DNA of 64,000 nt, taken from Emiliania huxleyi CCMP1516. Taxonomy: Eukaryota. Within the stretch, counting starts at the first letter, position 1, and every line of letters begins with the position of its first letter. Location of the stretch: contig NW_005202428.1 of NCBI RefSeq assembly GCF_000372725.1, positions 1,225,331-1,289,330 of the forward strand. The letters are read 5' to 3'. The position numbers and the translations under genes are program-made. The notes beneath the pieces are model-generated. The model made no database searches. It worked only from the letters and a program-made list of their open reading frames with translations, and had not been told where the DNA came from. Shown here one piece after another: positions 1 through 10,723 of the stretch.

Positions 1-81
1 CCTGGCGCCCGAGCCCGGCAGGCGGTCGCTCGCAGTTCGTGCAGGCCGGTTAGGCCGCGCCGAGGCTCCCCGAAGCCAGAC

Positions 82-1280
82 ATGCTCGGCAGCAGCGGCC
101 ACAGCGGCAGCGCTTGCAGCAACACGCGCCGCTCGGAGGTGGAAGCAACTCGCTCGTTGATCGCCGACCTGTCCTGGAACAATCTGTCCTGGCAACAAGC
201 AAAGACGGTGCTCCTCGGCGCGCAGAAGGCACCGGACAGCCGCTTCTTCGAGCTGCCGCAGGTACTAGTGCCGAAGATTTTGAAAATGGCGCACCGGCCG
301 CAGTGGCAGCCGAGGTTCACTGGTCTGCGCGCTGTGCCGCGAAGGATGGGCCTGATCAGCGCCCGAGGCACCAGGCTCTCCTTCCGGGCGAACCCGAGCC
401 TGGTGGAGAGCGACGACCCGCGCTCGACGCCCTCGGTCGAGCTCGACGGCGAGGGCGTGCAGGCGTGCGTCCTCCGGCTGAGCGAAGTCGGGATCGGCAG
501 CGTCGTCCGCCTGTTTCGCGTCTCTGACGGCGGCGAGCAGCTCGCCGTCTGCTTCTCGGTTGACCCTCGCTGGGACACCAGCCCCGAGCGGGAGTTCTCC
601 CAGGAGGAGGTGCACGTCCTGTTTGACGCGCCCCGGTCGCGCGCCACCTCGGAGTGGGCCACGCTGCTGCCGCAGCACGAAGGGCGGGCCGTGCCCGCAG
701 GCCGCGTCGAAAAGTACCTCGCGCACGTGGCCGGCTGGTCTGGCTGGTCGTCCGGTCGATGCAGCGGGGCTGGCCCGGATGGGCGCGCGCAGGACGTCGA
801 GCTCCACTTTCTGTTTGATTTTGAGCGGCGGACAGTGCGGCTCGGCCTGTGCGCAGAATGGGCGGTGGACGGCATGTCGGATTGGGGCGTGACGGGCTGG
901 CGCTTCTTTGGCCGCGCCTTCCCGCTGGGCGAGGGGCGGCTGCGGCTCGGCATCGCGGGCTTCTACGGCGACGCGGGAAGGGTCGCGCAGCCGCGACGGC
1001 GGTGTCCAACTCCCGGAGCCTTCCGTGTACCTTCTAGGAAGCTTCCGAGTAGGTGGTGCAGCCTGACGGCGGGGTGGAGATCAAGCGGGTGAGCGCGACG
1101 GTGTCTGCCCCGCACCCGAGCGGCGAGTTCTACACCGCGTTCGCCGAGAACTTGTGCGAGGAGGAGGGGGTGGCGCCCCAGGTGGTGGCGGAGCTCCGCC
1201 GGGCGTTTGACACGGCGGTTGTGTCGGGCACGCCGTGGAGCTGGGTGGAAGCGGTGGTACCGCTTCTCGGAGCCCTCTGA
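82..1280 (+). CDS. Hypothetical protein, 2 exons (82-981, 1053-1280); start uncertain
   Basis: ORF 82.. joins ORF 1053..1280 in frame via a 71-nt GT-AG intron at 982-1052. No recognisable domain. Confidence 0.45.
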
Positions 1281-1363
1281 TCTCGGAACTTTCCCTAGGC
1301 ATAATCGAGCCGGAGCGGTGGAGCCCGTGCGAGGAGGAGCCCAGCGAGCGAGGAGGCTGGACT

Positions 1364-1828
1364 ATGCCCAGCAATGGCGAGCGCGGCCGCGCCCTGATCT
1401 GCGCCAACCGGAATGCAGAGGCGTGCGCTCTCCGTCTCCGGCCGAGTGCCCTCCGTGTGCCGTTAGGAGCCTTCTAGGAGCCTTCCTGTCTGCAGGCGTG
1501 CAACCCGGCCGAGTGCGTGTCGTGCCAGTTCGCAAACAGCAACGGTTGGCAGGACTTTTGCTTCTCGACGGGGTGCGACGGCGGGGGTTGGGGACAGTCC
1601 GCTAGCACGAGCACTTGGAACTGCGACGTCCGCCGCTCAGGCTGCCGCAAGCCGGCGCCCCACTCCGACCCGTGGCGCGCAGACCAGCCGCTCGAGTGGT
1701 GGTGCTGCGCCGGAGACGGCGAGGAGGAGGGGTGCGGCTTCGCGGTGTGCGGTCCCTGCCATGCCGCGGCGCCCGACGCGCACGCGCAGACGGGTTGCAC
1801 GATGCCGCTGCTGCAGCGGTGGTGGTAG
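1364..1828 (+). CDS. Small Cys/Trp-rich hypothetical protein, 2 exons (may be the 3' part of the upstream gene)
   Basis: A GC-AG intron at 1421-1495 removes an in-frame TAG and joins MPSNGERGRALICANRNAE to ACNPAECVSCQF...CGFAVCGPCH. Confidence 0.4.
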
Positions 1829-2461
1829 GAGAGACTGAGAGTCGATTTGAACGTGCGTGGGTGTTGGGGGAGGCGAACTGACTTGAGAGTACTCCCCCCC
1901 GCGCGGCGTGTGGCCGTGTCCCGTGCGCCGTGTGAGTGGGCGTCGACCGTCGAGCGCTAAGCGTCGAGCGTCGTGTGCGCGTGTGGGGTGTGCCGTGTGC
2001 GCGGCCCGCGCGGGCGGTGTAAAGGCTGCCTCACTTGACCTTCGACGGTTGTCAACGGGGGACGCGGGGCCTTGCTTGAGTACTTGAGAGGTTGCGGTGA
2101 GGCTTGAGCCTGGCACTTGAGAGCGCCTTGAGCGTGGCAGGGTTCGTGAGTGAAATTTCACCCTTTCACTTTCACATGTGAATTCATGTGAATTTCACAT
2201 GAAACGTTTCGGCCGCCCCCGTTTCACTGAAAATTTCACAAGTTTGCATCCAAACGCGGTGAAAGCGACGAAGTATAGAAAGGAGAGAGCCCAACCGAGT
2301 AACTAGTGAGAGGAGGTGCGAGAGCAGCTTGGTTCGTGAGGTGTGTCCTGCTCGGGGCTCAGGCGCTCGAGGACGTGTGTGTAGCCTCAATGTTCTTTTA
2401 ATGCGCGCCCCCGCCGAAATACACCAACACGCGACGCGACCTCTTAAGGAGCACCGTGTCG

Positions 2462-2515
2462 TTAGGGTTAGGGTTAGGGTTAGGGTTAGGGTTAGGGTTA
2501 GGGTTAGGGTTAGGG
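2462..2515 (+). repeat. Interstitial telomeric tract (TTAGGG)x9
   Basis: Nine perfect TTAGGG units. Confidence 0.97.
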
Positions 2516-2639
2516 TCAGAGAGTCCAAGCCGTTGTGTGCAGCTTTTAACAGCAAATGGTCCGGTTTGGGCCGAAACCAAATGGAGAAATCAGCGGTCCG
2601 TCGACCCGAGCTCTCGGTGAACGCTTTGGGTTCTTCGGG

Positions 2640-2694
2640 CTAGGGTTAGGGTTAGGGTTAGGGTTAGGGGTTAGGGTAAGGGTTAGGGTTAGGG
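2640..2694 (+). repeat. Second interstitial telomeric tract, ~9 units with variants
   Basis: TTAGGG units with CTAGGG, TTAGGGG and TAAGGG variants. Confidence 0.95.
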
Positions 2695-2770
2695 TACGTT
2701 GGTTGTCGTCGCACGCTCTCGATATCTGGCTAAGACGAGACACAGCATCAGAGGCGACCCAAGCGACACA

Positions 2771-4172
2771 CCAGAGCACGGCCGGGGACGCGAGCCGCCA
2801 TCTTGGACTGTGAGGCGAGTATTTGCCACCGGGAGCTCGCCGCCGCCCCTACACCGCCGCCGCCGCACTCCCGAGGCCAGATAATAGCCCAAGTCGAAGA
2901 GTGCGCCCCGCCCTCGGTATCTGGGTGGCAGGCGGGACTAGAGAGGCACGCCAGAGCACGGCCGGGGACGCGAGCCGCCATCTTGGACTGTGAGGCGAGT
3001 ATTTGCCACCGGGAGCTCGCCGCCGCCCCTACACCGCCGCCGCCGCCCTCCCGAGGCCAGATAATAGCCCAAGTCGAAGAGTGCGCCCCGCCCTCGGTAT
3101 CTGGGTGGCAGGCGGGACTAGAGAGGCACGCCAGAGCACGGCCGGGGACGCGAGCCGCCATCTTGGACTGTGAGGCGAGTATTTGCCACCGGGAGCTCGC
3201 CGCCGCCCCTACACCGCCGCCGCCGCGCTCCCGAGGCCAGATAATAGCCCAAGTCGAAGAGTGCGCCCCGCCCTCGGTATCTGGGTGGCAGGCGGGACTA
3301 GAGAGGCACGCCAGAGCACGGCCGGGGACGCGAGCCGCCATCTTGGACTGTGAGGCGAGTATTTGCCACCGGGAGCTCGCCGCCGCCCCTACACCGCCGC
3401 CGCCGGCGCCGCACTCCCGAGGCCAGATAATAGCCCAGTCGAAGAGTGCGCGCCGCCCTCGGTATCTGGGTGGCATACGGGACTAGAGAGGCACGCCAGA
3501 GCACGGCCGGGGGCGCGAGCCGCCATCTTGGACTGTGAGGCGAGTATTTGCCACCGGGAGCTCGCCGCCGCCCCTACACCGCCGCCGCCGCCCTCCCGAG
3601 GCCAGATAATAGCCCAAGTCGAAGAGTGCGCCCCGCCCTCGGTATCTGGGTGGCAGGCGGGACTAGAGAGGCACGCCAGAGCACGGCCGGGGGCGCGAGC
3701 CGCCATCTTGGACTGTGAGGCGAGTATTTGCCACCGGGAGCTCGCCGCCGCCCCTACACCGCCGCCGCCGCCCTCCCGAGGCCAGATAATAGCCCAAGTC
3801 GAAGAGTGCGCGCCGCCCTCGGTATCTGGGTGGCAGGCGGGACTAGAGAGGCACACCAGAGCACAGCCGGGGGCGCGAGCCGCCATCTTGGACTGTGAGG
3901 CGAGTATTTGCCACCGGGAGCTCGCCGCCGCCCCTACACCGCCGCCGCCGCCCTCCCGAGGCCAGATAATAGCCCAAGTCGAAGAGTGCGCCCCGCCCTC
4001 GGTATCTGGGTGGCAGGCGGGACTAGAGAGGCACGCCAGAGCACGGCCGGGGGCGCGAGCCGCCATCTTGGACTGTGAGGCGAGTATTTGCCACCGGGAG
4101 CTCGCCGCCGCCCCTACACCGCCGCCGCCGCCCTCCCGAGGCCAGATAATAGCCCAAGTCGAAGAGTGCGCC
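2771..4172. repeat. 180-bp tandem satellite, ~7.8 near-identical copies
   Basis: Unit CCAGAGCACGGCCGGGG...GGGACTAGAGAGGCACG recurs at 2771, 2951, 3131 and 3311, then at 180-bp spacing after a net +5 indel in unit 4. Confidence 0.97.
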
Positions 4173-4524
4173 GCTCGGAAAAGTGAAATTTCGTTTCACA
4201 TGAAATGTGAAGTGAAAGTGAAAGTGAAATCGATTCGCTGTTTCCATGTGAAATCACGAACCCTGGAGCGTGGCCCGTGGCGCGTTCTCGGTGTCTTGTG
4301 AGTCTTGTTTTATCCGCCTCTCTAAGTAAGGGGGCGAGCGGCGGGCGAGATAAAAAAAGGAGATCGTAACAAAACAGAAGAAAACACCTGAAATGCTCTA
4401 AACACCACCTTCTCGACGTCTCTCCCCGGCAGCGGCACGCGGCAGCACACGGAAGCCAAGGACGGCGAGAAGAGCGGCCGCACCCCCAGCGAGGCGCTCA
4501 AAAGGGGACCCGTCGCGGCGGCCC

Positions 4525-7500
4525 TCAGAGGAACAGGTCCAGCTCGGTACGGCCATACCGGTTGAGGACGTCGTCGGCGATGCGCGGGTACGCAGCCACC
4601 ATTGCCGGCTGCGACCCGATGTAGAGGTTGTTGTAGATCTTCCAGTAGACCTCGCGAACCTTTCGCGCCGGGTGGAAGAGCCCCTGCAACGTGTAGAGGA
4701 GCACGGCCGTCGGGCCGAGGCAGCAGCGCATGCCCTCGATGGCCTCCATGACGGCGTTGATGACGTGGGGCGACGTCTCGAAGATGTTTGGCCAGAGCAG
4801 GTTGAGGCAGTGCTGCATCGCGTCCTCGAGCCCGAGCCCGACCGAGCCGAGCGCCATGTGCTTGACCGTGGTGCACGCCGTCTGCCGGTGGACCAGGTCC
4901 CGGTCGATGAGCGCGTCCTGGCGAGTCCGAGGCGGCGGGAGGGCGCCGTGAGAGCGGGGCGAGCCCTCGGTGTCGGCGGGCCGTCTGTCTCGGCGGTGCC
5001 CTCGCAGCGTGGCTCAGAGGTGGGTCAGAGGTGGCTCGAGAGGCGGCTCTAAGGGGCGAGGCGTCTCTCAGGGGGCACCGCCCGCGCCTCGAGGAGCGGC
5101 ACGACGGCGTACACGTAGTCGCGCCCCATCTCGCCAATGTACTCGAAGAGGAAGGAGAGGGACTTGAGCACGCCGTTCTGCACGTTGAGCTCTGGGATGC
5201 GGTACTCGTTGAGCAGCCCGGGCAGCACCTACGAGCGGGCGCCCAGAGGGTACCAGCAGGGCCCCCACGAGGGCACCCGTCGAGCACCCCGGCCGGCACC
5301 GTGAACGGCGAGCACGTCTCGGCGACGATGGCGATCGCGACAGTCGTGCAGACGCGGTTCTGCCGCTCCTGCACCTTGAGGTTGTTGAGCAGCGTCGCGA
5401 GCACGTCCTGCGGCCCGATGGCCTTTGCGATGTAGCCAAAGGTGTTGACCGTCGCGCGGCGGATCGCCTTTTTGTGCGCGCGCAGCATGTCGAGCAGCTC
5501 AAAGCAGATGCGCATCCACTCGCGCGCGGAGACGTACTCGGCGCCGCGGTCGGCGATGCGGCCGACGAGGTCGATGCAGTTCTCCTGCACCACCTCGTGC
5601 CGGTTCTTGAGGATGGGCGTGAGGCGCGGCAGCAGGTCCTTGATCGGCGGCGTCATCTTGGTCATGCCAATCACGTTGACGATCGCCTTGAGCGCGCCGA
5701 GGATGGAGCCGAGCACCTCGGGGTACTCCTCGCCGAGGTACTCGTACAGCACCACGCCCAGGTGGCCCATCAGCTGCTCCTCGTTGCACGCGCGCATCAC
5801 GACCGCGACGCGCGAGATGAGGTCCGCCGCCTGCTGCCGCACCTTCGCGCTCTTGTTGTTCAGCCGCCACTTGATGGTGCCGCAGATCTGCGGCAGGTAC
5901 GGCTTGGTGCGCGACCCGAGCGCGGAGACGATGGTGCCGAAGCCGTTGAGCATCACCGCGGTGTCCTCGTTGGTCTGCTCCTGGAAGGCGTACAGGATGC
6001 CGTCGACGAGCTGCTCCTCGAGCCGCTGGTCAATGTCGGCCGCGGAGAGGGACGAGATGACCTTCTCGACGGTCTCCATCACCATCTTGCGGTACGGCTC
6101 CGACTCGTCCTTGAGGTCCTCGACGATGCGCGTGACAATCTCGGAGGCGCCGACCTTCTTGGCGAGCTCCTCGGTCGTCTCGACCAGCGCGCGGTAGTTG
6201 CGCCGGTCGAGCGCCATCCGCCGCACCCAAAAGTTCTTGAAGAACTCCGGCAGGATCTCGGCGCGCACGTACGCCGGCTGCACGCCCTCCGTCGCGACGC
6301 ACTGCTTGACCACCTTGAGGACGATCTTCTTCATCTCCTCGTCGGGCGAGGCGAACTCGCGCAGCAGGATGATCATCACCTCGCGCGTGTAGTAGTTGGC
6401 GTACTCGGCGTCCATGAGCGGGATGATGAAGCCGATCGCCTTGAGGAAGGCGGCGAGCCCCTTGCCGCGGTGCTGCCGGATGCCCTTCCAGAGCGGCTTG
6501 AGGACCGAGTCGAAAGCCTCGATGCCGTAGGGCGTGGCCGCCTCGGCGAGCGCGGCGAGCGAGAGCGCCGTGATCGTCCGCACCTTTTGCTGCTCGTCGT
6601 TGAGCCCCGCCTCGATGATCTCCACCAGCGCGCGCAGGTGCGGCAGCACGGAGCACCCCATCAGGATGGCGATCTGCTGCACGATCTTGATGCCGGTGTG
6701 GCGCGCCTGCCAGCTCTTCTTCGAGTTGCAGACCGCCTTGAGGAAGGGGAGCAGCGCGGGCACGCCGAGCGCCGACGCGACCACCGAGAAGGCGCGCGCC
6801 TAGTCCCGGGCAACCTCAGGTGAGCTCGGGGGAGCCCGGGTGGAGCGAGGCCGCGGGGGAGGCGCTGCGCCGTCGTGTTGCGCACGTACTCGTCGACGTT
6901 GTCGATGTCGGGCCGCATGGTCGCAATCATCGTCGCGAGCCCGGCGGCCTTTGCGAGGTTGGCGATGATCTCGCGCCCCTCGACGCGCGCGTAGTAGTCC
7001 TCGTCGATGAGCAGCGGCTCAATCACGACGAGGATCTTGTGCACAAAGGGGCGCACCAGGTCGTCGAGCTTGTACAGAATGCGGTCGATCACCTGCGCGG
7101 CGAACCACGGCGACGGCGGTGAGAGAACGGCGGACGCGACACGGGGCGGGGGGGCGGGGAAAGCGGGGAGGGGGCGGCACCTTGACCAGCAGGTGGCGCT
7201 CCTGGTCCTCGAGCGTCGGCGACATGAGCAGCGGCAGGATCTGGTTGAAGAGGGGCCCCGCGCCAAACTCGCGCGCCTTGTCGGTGAGCTGGCGCAGCGC
7301 CTGCTTCCGCATCGGCGGCGTGCCGTTCTTGACCTTGAGCAGCAGCTTCATGATCTTCCGCTCGCGCGCCTCCTCGACCTGGGGAGCGTGAACGCGGGTG
7401 ACCAAAGGTGGGAGGACGGTTTCGTGCACCGCATCAGGTGGCGGGCTACGAATACCGTGGCTGCGGCGAGAGCAGCGCGGTACAGTGATCGTGGGTGCAG

Positions 7501-10189
7501 TGGAGCACGCGTCTTCTCTCGAGGGCTCGCTTGCAGGTTTCGCATCTACCGCTGCCACCGTCATGTCCTCGATCTCCTCGTCCTCCTTGAGCAGCGGCGC
7601 AAAGTACTGGTAGTCCTCCGGCTTGACAAACGGCAGGCTCGCCGGCGTGGCGGGCATGTCCATCGGCCCGCCCGCGCCTATCAAAAGAAGGGTGCGACTC
7701 GAGAACCAGAAAGCTGCGGCCGCGCCGTCGGCCCGGCGCCGCGCCGTGCTGCTCCGACGGGATCTGGTAGAGCGGCGTCGCGCCCTCGGCAGGGGTCGGC
7801 GTGGCGAGGAGCTTGCGCGCCGGCGTGCGGATGGGCACGTAAGAGTCGGGCGGCTTGAGCACCTTGTACCCGCTCGGAGGGAAAAGCGCGTCGAGGTCGT
7901 CGTCCGTCAGCGGCCGGTTCCGCTCCTCCATCTCGCGCTCCCACCGGCTCACCTGGATCTGCTCGGGCGTCTGCGCGACGTCGTTGTTGAGCGAGCCGGA
8001 GCCGAGAGGGCCGAGGCCCATCCCGCCCACCGCCGGCGTCTGCGCGTCGATCGGCCCCACCGGCGTGGCGCCGATGTTGGCGTGCCCGTGCAGCGGCGTC
8101 GCGCTCGGGCCGCCTCCAGAGACGTTGACGGGCGTCTCGTCCCAGCGCGACTTTTGCACGGGCGTTGCGCCGAGCGCGCCGCCCCCCCCCGCGAGCGCGC
8201 CGGGCGCGGGCGTGCCTAGGGATATGAATGCAGCGGGCTGAGGGGCGTGAGCAGGAGTACCAGAGGCGATGCGACGCAGCGGCAAGGACGGCGTCACGAG
8301 AGCGAGTCGAGATCAAGCGGATGTGTCTTTCGCATCTGGGCAAAGCGCACTGTCCCATGCGCTGGTGGCGCCCGCGCGGCCGGGAGTCGGTGTCTCGTCC
8401 CAGCGGTTGCCGCGCGACGGCGTCGCGTTGACGTCCCCCACGCGCCCCGGGGTTGGCGTGCTATCCCAGCGGCTGCCGCCGTCCGCACCGCGCCCCGGGG
8501 TTGGCGTGCTGTCCCAGCGGCTGCCGCCGTCCGCGCCGCGGCCGGGCGTGGGGGTCGCGTCCCACTTGCTGCCTACGGTGTGAAGACACGGTGTGAAGAC
8601 CCGGAGCTGACGATGTGGACCCGGGAGCGCGCAGCGCATTCGCGCAGTGCATTCGCACGACACAGGGCGGGCTGCCGCTCTAAGAGACGCTGAGCCCGAG
8701 GCGGAGAAGGCGAGGGGGAGGACACGGGTGTGCGGTCCGCATCTAGGAGGTGATGCCCGCGCCCGCAGCTGCGCCGCGGCCGGGGGTGGGGGTGGCGTCC
8801 CACTTGCTGCCCGCCCCCGCCTCCGCACCCCGGCCGGGCGTCGGCGCGGCGTCCCAACGGGACGGGGTGGCGCTCCCGGTGACGCGCCTGCAGCGGGGAG
8901 AGGGGGGGGGGGGCGGGGTGGGGGGGGGTGGGGGGGGGGGGCCAAAGGTAAAGGCCGAAGGGGGGGAAAGGCCGGGTCCTGAAGGGGGCTCAGAGCACCG
9001 CGCGGGCACGAGGGCTGCGGATACAGCGCCGAGGGCGCGAGTGCGCTCGCAAGACCGCCAAGCCCGTGCCCTCCCCAGCGGGGCGGCGTGTGCTCTGCAT
9101 CCACGGCTCTGCATCTAGGGTCTGCATCTAGGGTCTGCATCTAGGGCGCCACGCGCCCCGGCGTCGGCGTCGCGTCCCACTTGCTCGAGTCAGGCACCCG
9201 GCCGGGGGTGGGGGTGGCGTCCCACTTGCTGCTCGCGCGCGGCACGGCCGGGGGTCGGCGTGGAGTCCCACTTGCTCGCGTCCGCCACACGCCCCGGCGT
9301 CGGCGTCGCGTCCCACTTGCTCGAGTCGACGGCGCGCCTGCGCAGCAGGGAGGGGAGGGGGGGGGGGGGAGGGGGGGGGAAAGGCGGGGTCGTGGAGTGG
9401 ACTCGGAGCACCGCGCGGGCACGAGGGCTGCGGATACAGCGCCGAGGGTGCAAGCGCGATTGAAGCCGCCGAACCCGTGCCCTCCCCAGCGCTAGTTGGG
9501 GTGCGCGTTCCGCATTTAAGTGCCACGCGCCCCGGCGTCGGCGTCGCGTCCCACTTGCTGCCGCCGCCCCCCCCGCCAGCGTCGCGCCCGGGGGTGGGAG
9601 TCGAGTCCCACTTGGACCCGACTGGCGCGGGGGTCGCCACGTCGTCCCAGCGGGTCGCCTGCTTCTTGCCCGCCGCCGCGCTCGCCCCCGCATCCCCCGC
9701 CGCCGGCGCATCCCAGCGGCGCCGCTTCTTGACGCCCGTGGCGCCCTCCTCCGACTGCTCGGCGAGCTTGCGCCGGATCTCGTCCTTCTGGCGCGCAATG
9801 TCGGCCTCCGCCATTACGTCGCGGTACGACCGCTCCGACGACCCGCCGGCCCCCTTGGCGAACGGGTCCGCGCGCGACGGGGAGAGCACCCGCTGCCTGC
9901 GCGCGTGGTACTCGTCCTCGCGGTCGGCGATGCGGTTGGAGCGCTGGCTCATGGGGTCGTCGTCCTCGGGCTGCTGCGGCACCGCCTCGAGCAGGTGCTT
10001 TGGCGCCGTGAACGACGACCGCTTCGCGGCCGGCTCCGCGCCATCCTCCTGCGCCTCGCCGGGCGCAATCGACGTGTCCATGCCCGCATACCGGTCGGTG
10101 TTGTAGACATCGTCGTCGGCGATCGCGGTGAGCGAGGTGCCGCGCGCCTGCTGCGCCTGCCGTATCTCCTCGTCCACGTCCGAGGGCAT
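4525..10189 (-). CDS. SF3B1: Splicing factor 3B subunit 1 (U2 snRNP), multi-exon
   Basis: N-terminal RIADREDEY and (S/R)WDxTP repeats, [16 protein letters not shown], then HEAT repeats with hallmark peptides [59 protein letters not shown]. Introns include 4918-5087 (GC), 5229-5299 (GT), 6800-6870 (GC) and 7678-7744 (GC). Confidence 0.98.
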
Positions 10190-10723
10190 GCCCGCGACTA
10201 CGGCCGCCTGCAAGATGACGCGGGGCGCCGTGAGAGCGGGGAGGGCGCACCCCAACCACACGCCCGAGCCGCGGCCGCCCTCTCGGCACTGGCGCGCGGC
10301 CGCATCCTGCAGGCGGGCAAGCGGCCCCTGCGCTGCCCCCCCCCTCCCCAGGCAGGGGCCCCGGCTCACCACACGAGAGAGGGGTAGGGCGCCGCGCGCT
10401 ACACTGGGGATCGCCTCCAGGCAGGCTGGAAGAAAAGCTCGTCCAGGAAAAAGCCCCACGGCAAGACTCTTTCACATGACAAGCAATCCCACGACAGCGA
10501 TTGTGGGGACCCCGTACGTGAGGGGTGGAGGGGGCCCGTCCGCAGAGCTAGGCGGACGACTCGGCAACCGCGAGCCGCTCACTCGCTCACTCCCCTAGTC
10601 ACTCCCCCAGGCCCGTTCCCGCATCTTCCCCGCCTCCTCCACCGGGCGGATCCGCTCCGCGCCGCCTCTCCCACCACCGTTCTTATAAACGGGCTGGCGC
10701 TGGCTGAGGCAGCCTCAGCCCGT

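Larger units (their letters stand above)
2138..4265. mobile_element. Non-autonomous hAT-like DNA transposon carrying telomeric and satellite repeats
   Basis: Perfect 12-bp TIR: CAGGGTTCGTGA (2138-2149) and TCACGAACCCTG (4254-4265). Perfect 8-bp TSD GAGCGTGG (2130-2137, 4266-4273). Subterminal clusters of GTGAAA/TTTCAC at both ends. No transposase. Confidence 0.9.

Noticed and set aside
2462..2694. True chromosome end
   Set aside because: The tracts are short and internal, and they lie between TIRs with a matching TSD and genes on both sides.
2771..4172. CRISPR array or repeat-protein gene (ORFs of 225-312 aa)
   Set aside because: Whole 180-bp units are near-identical with no unique spacers and there are no cas genes. 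The ORFs result from a unit length divisible by 3 and are broken by an indel.
5474..6823. Long antisense or overlapping ORFs (also 29039-30934, 41973-43745, 49731-50753)
   Set aside because: These are shadow ORFs expected from very high GC and codon bias opposite real genes; they contain no recognisable domains.
5440..6900. SF3B1 substitutions at splicing-altering hotspot residues that might explain the unusual introns
   Set aside because: Peptides covering the human E622/R625, H662/K666, K700, G742 and R1074 positions look conserved ([39 protein letters not shown]).
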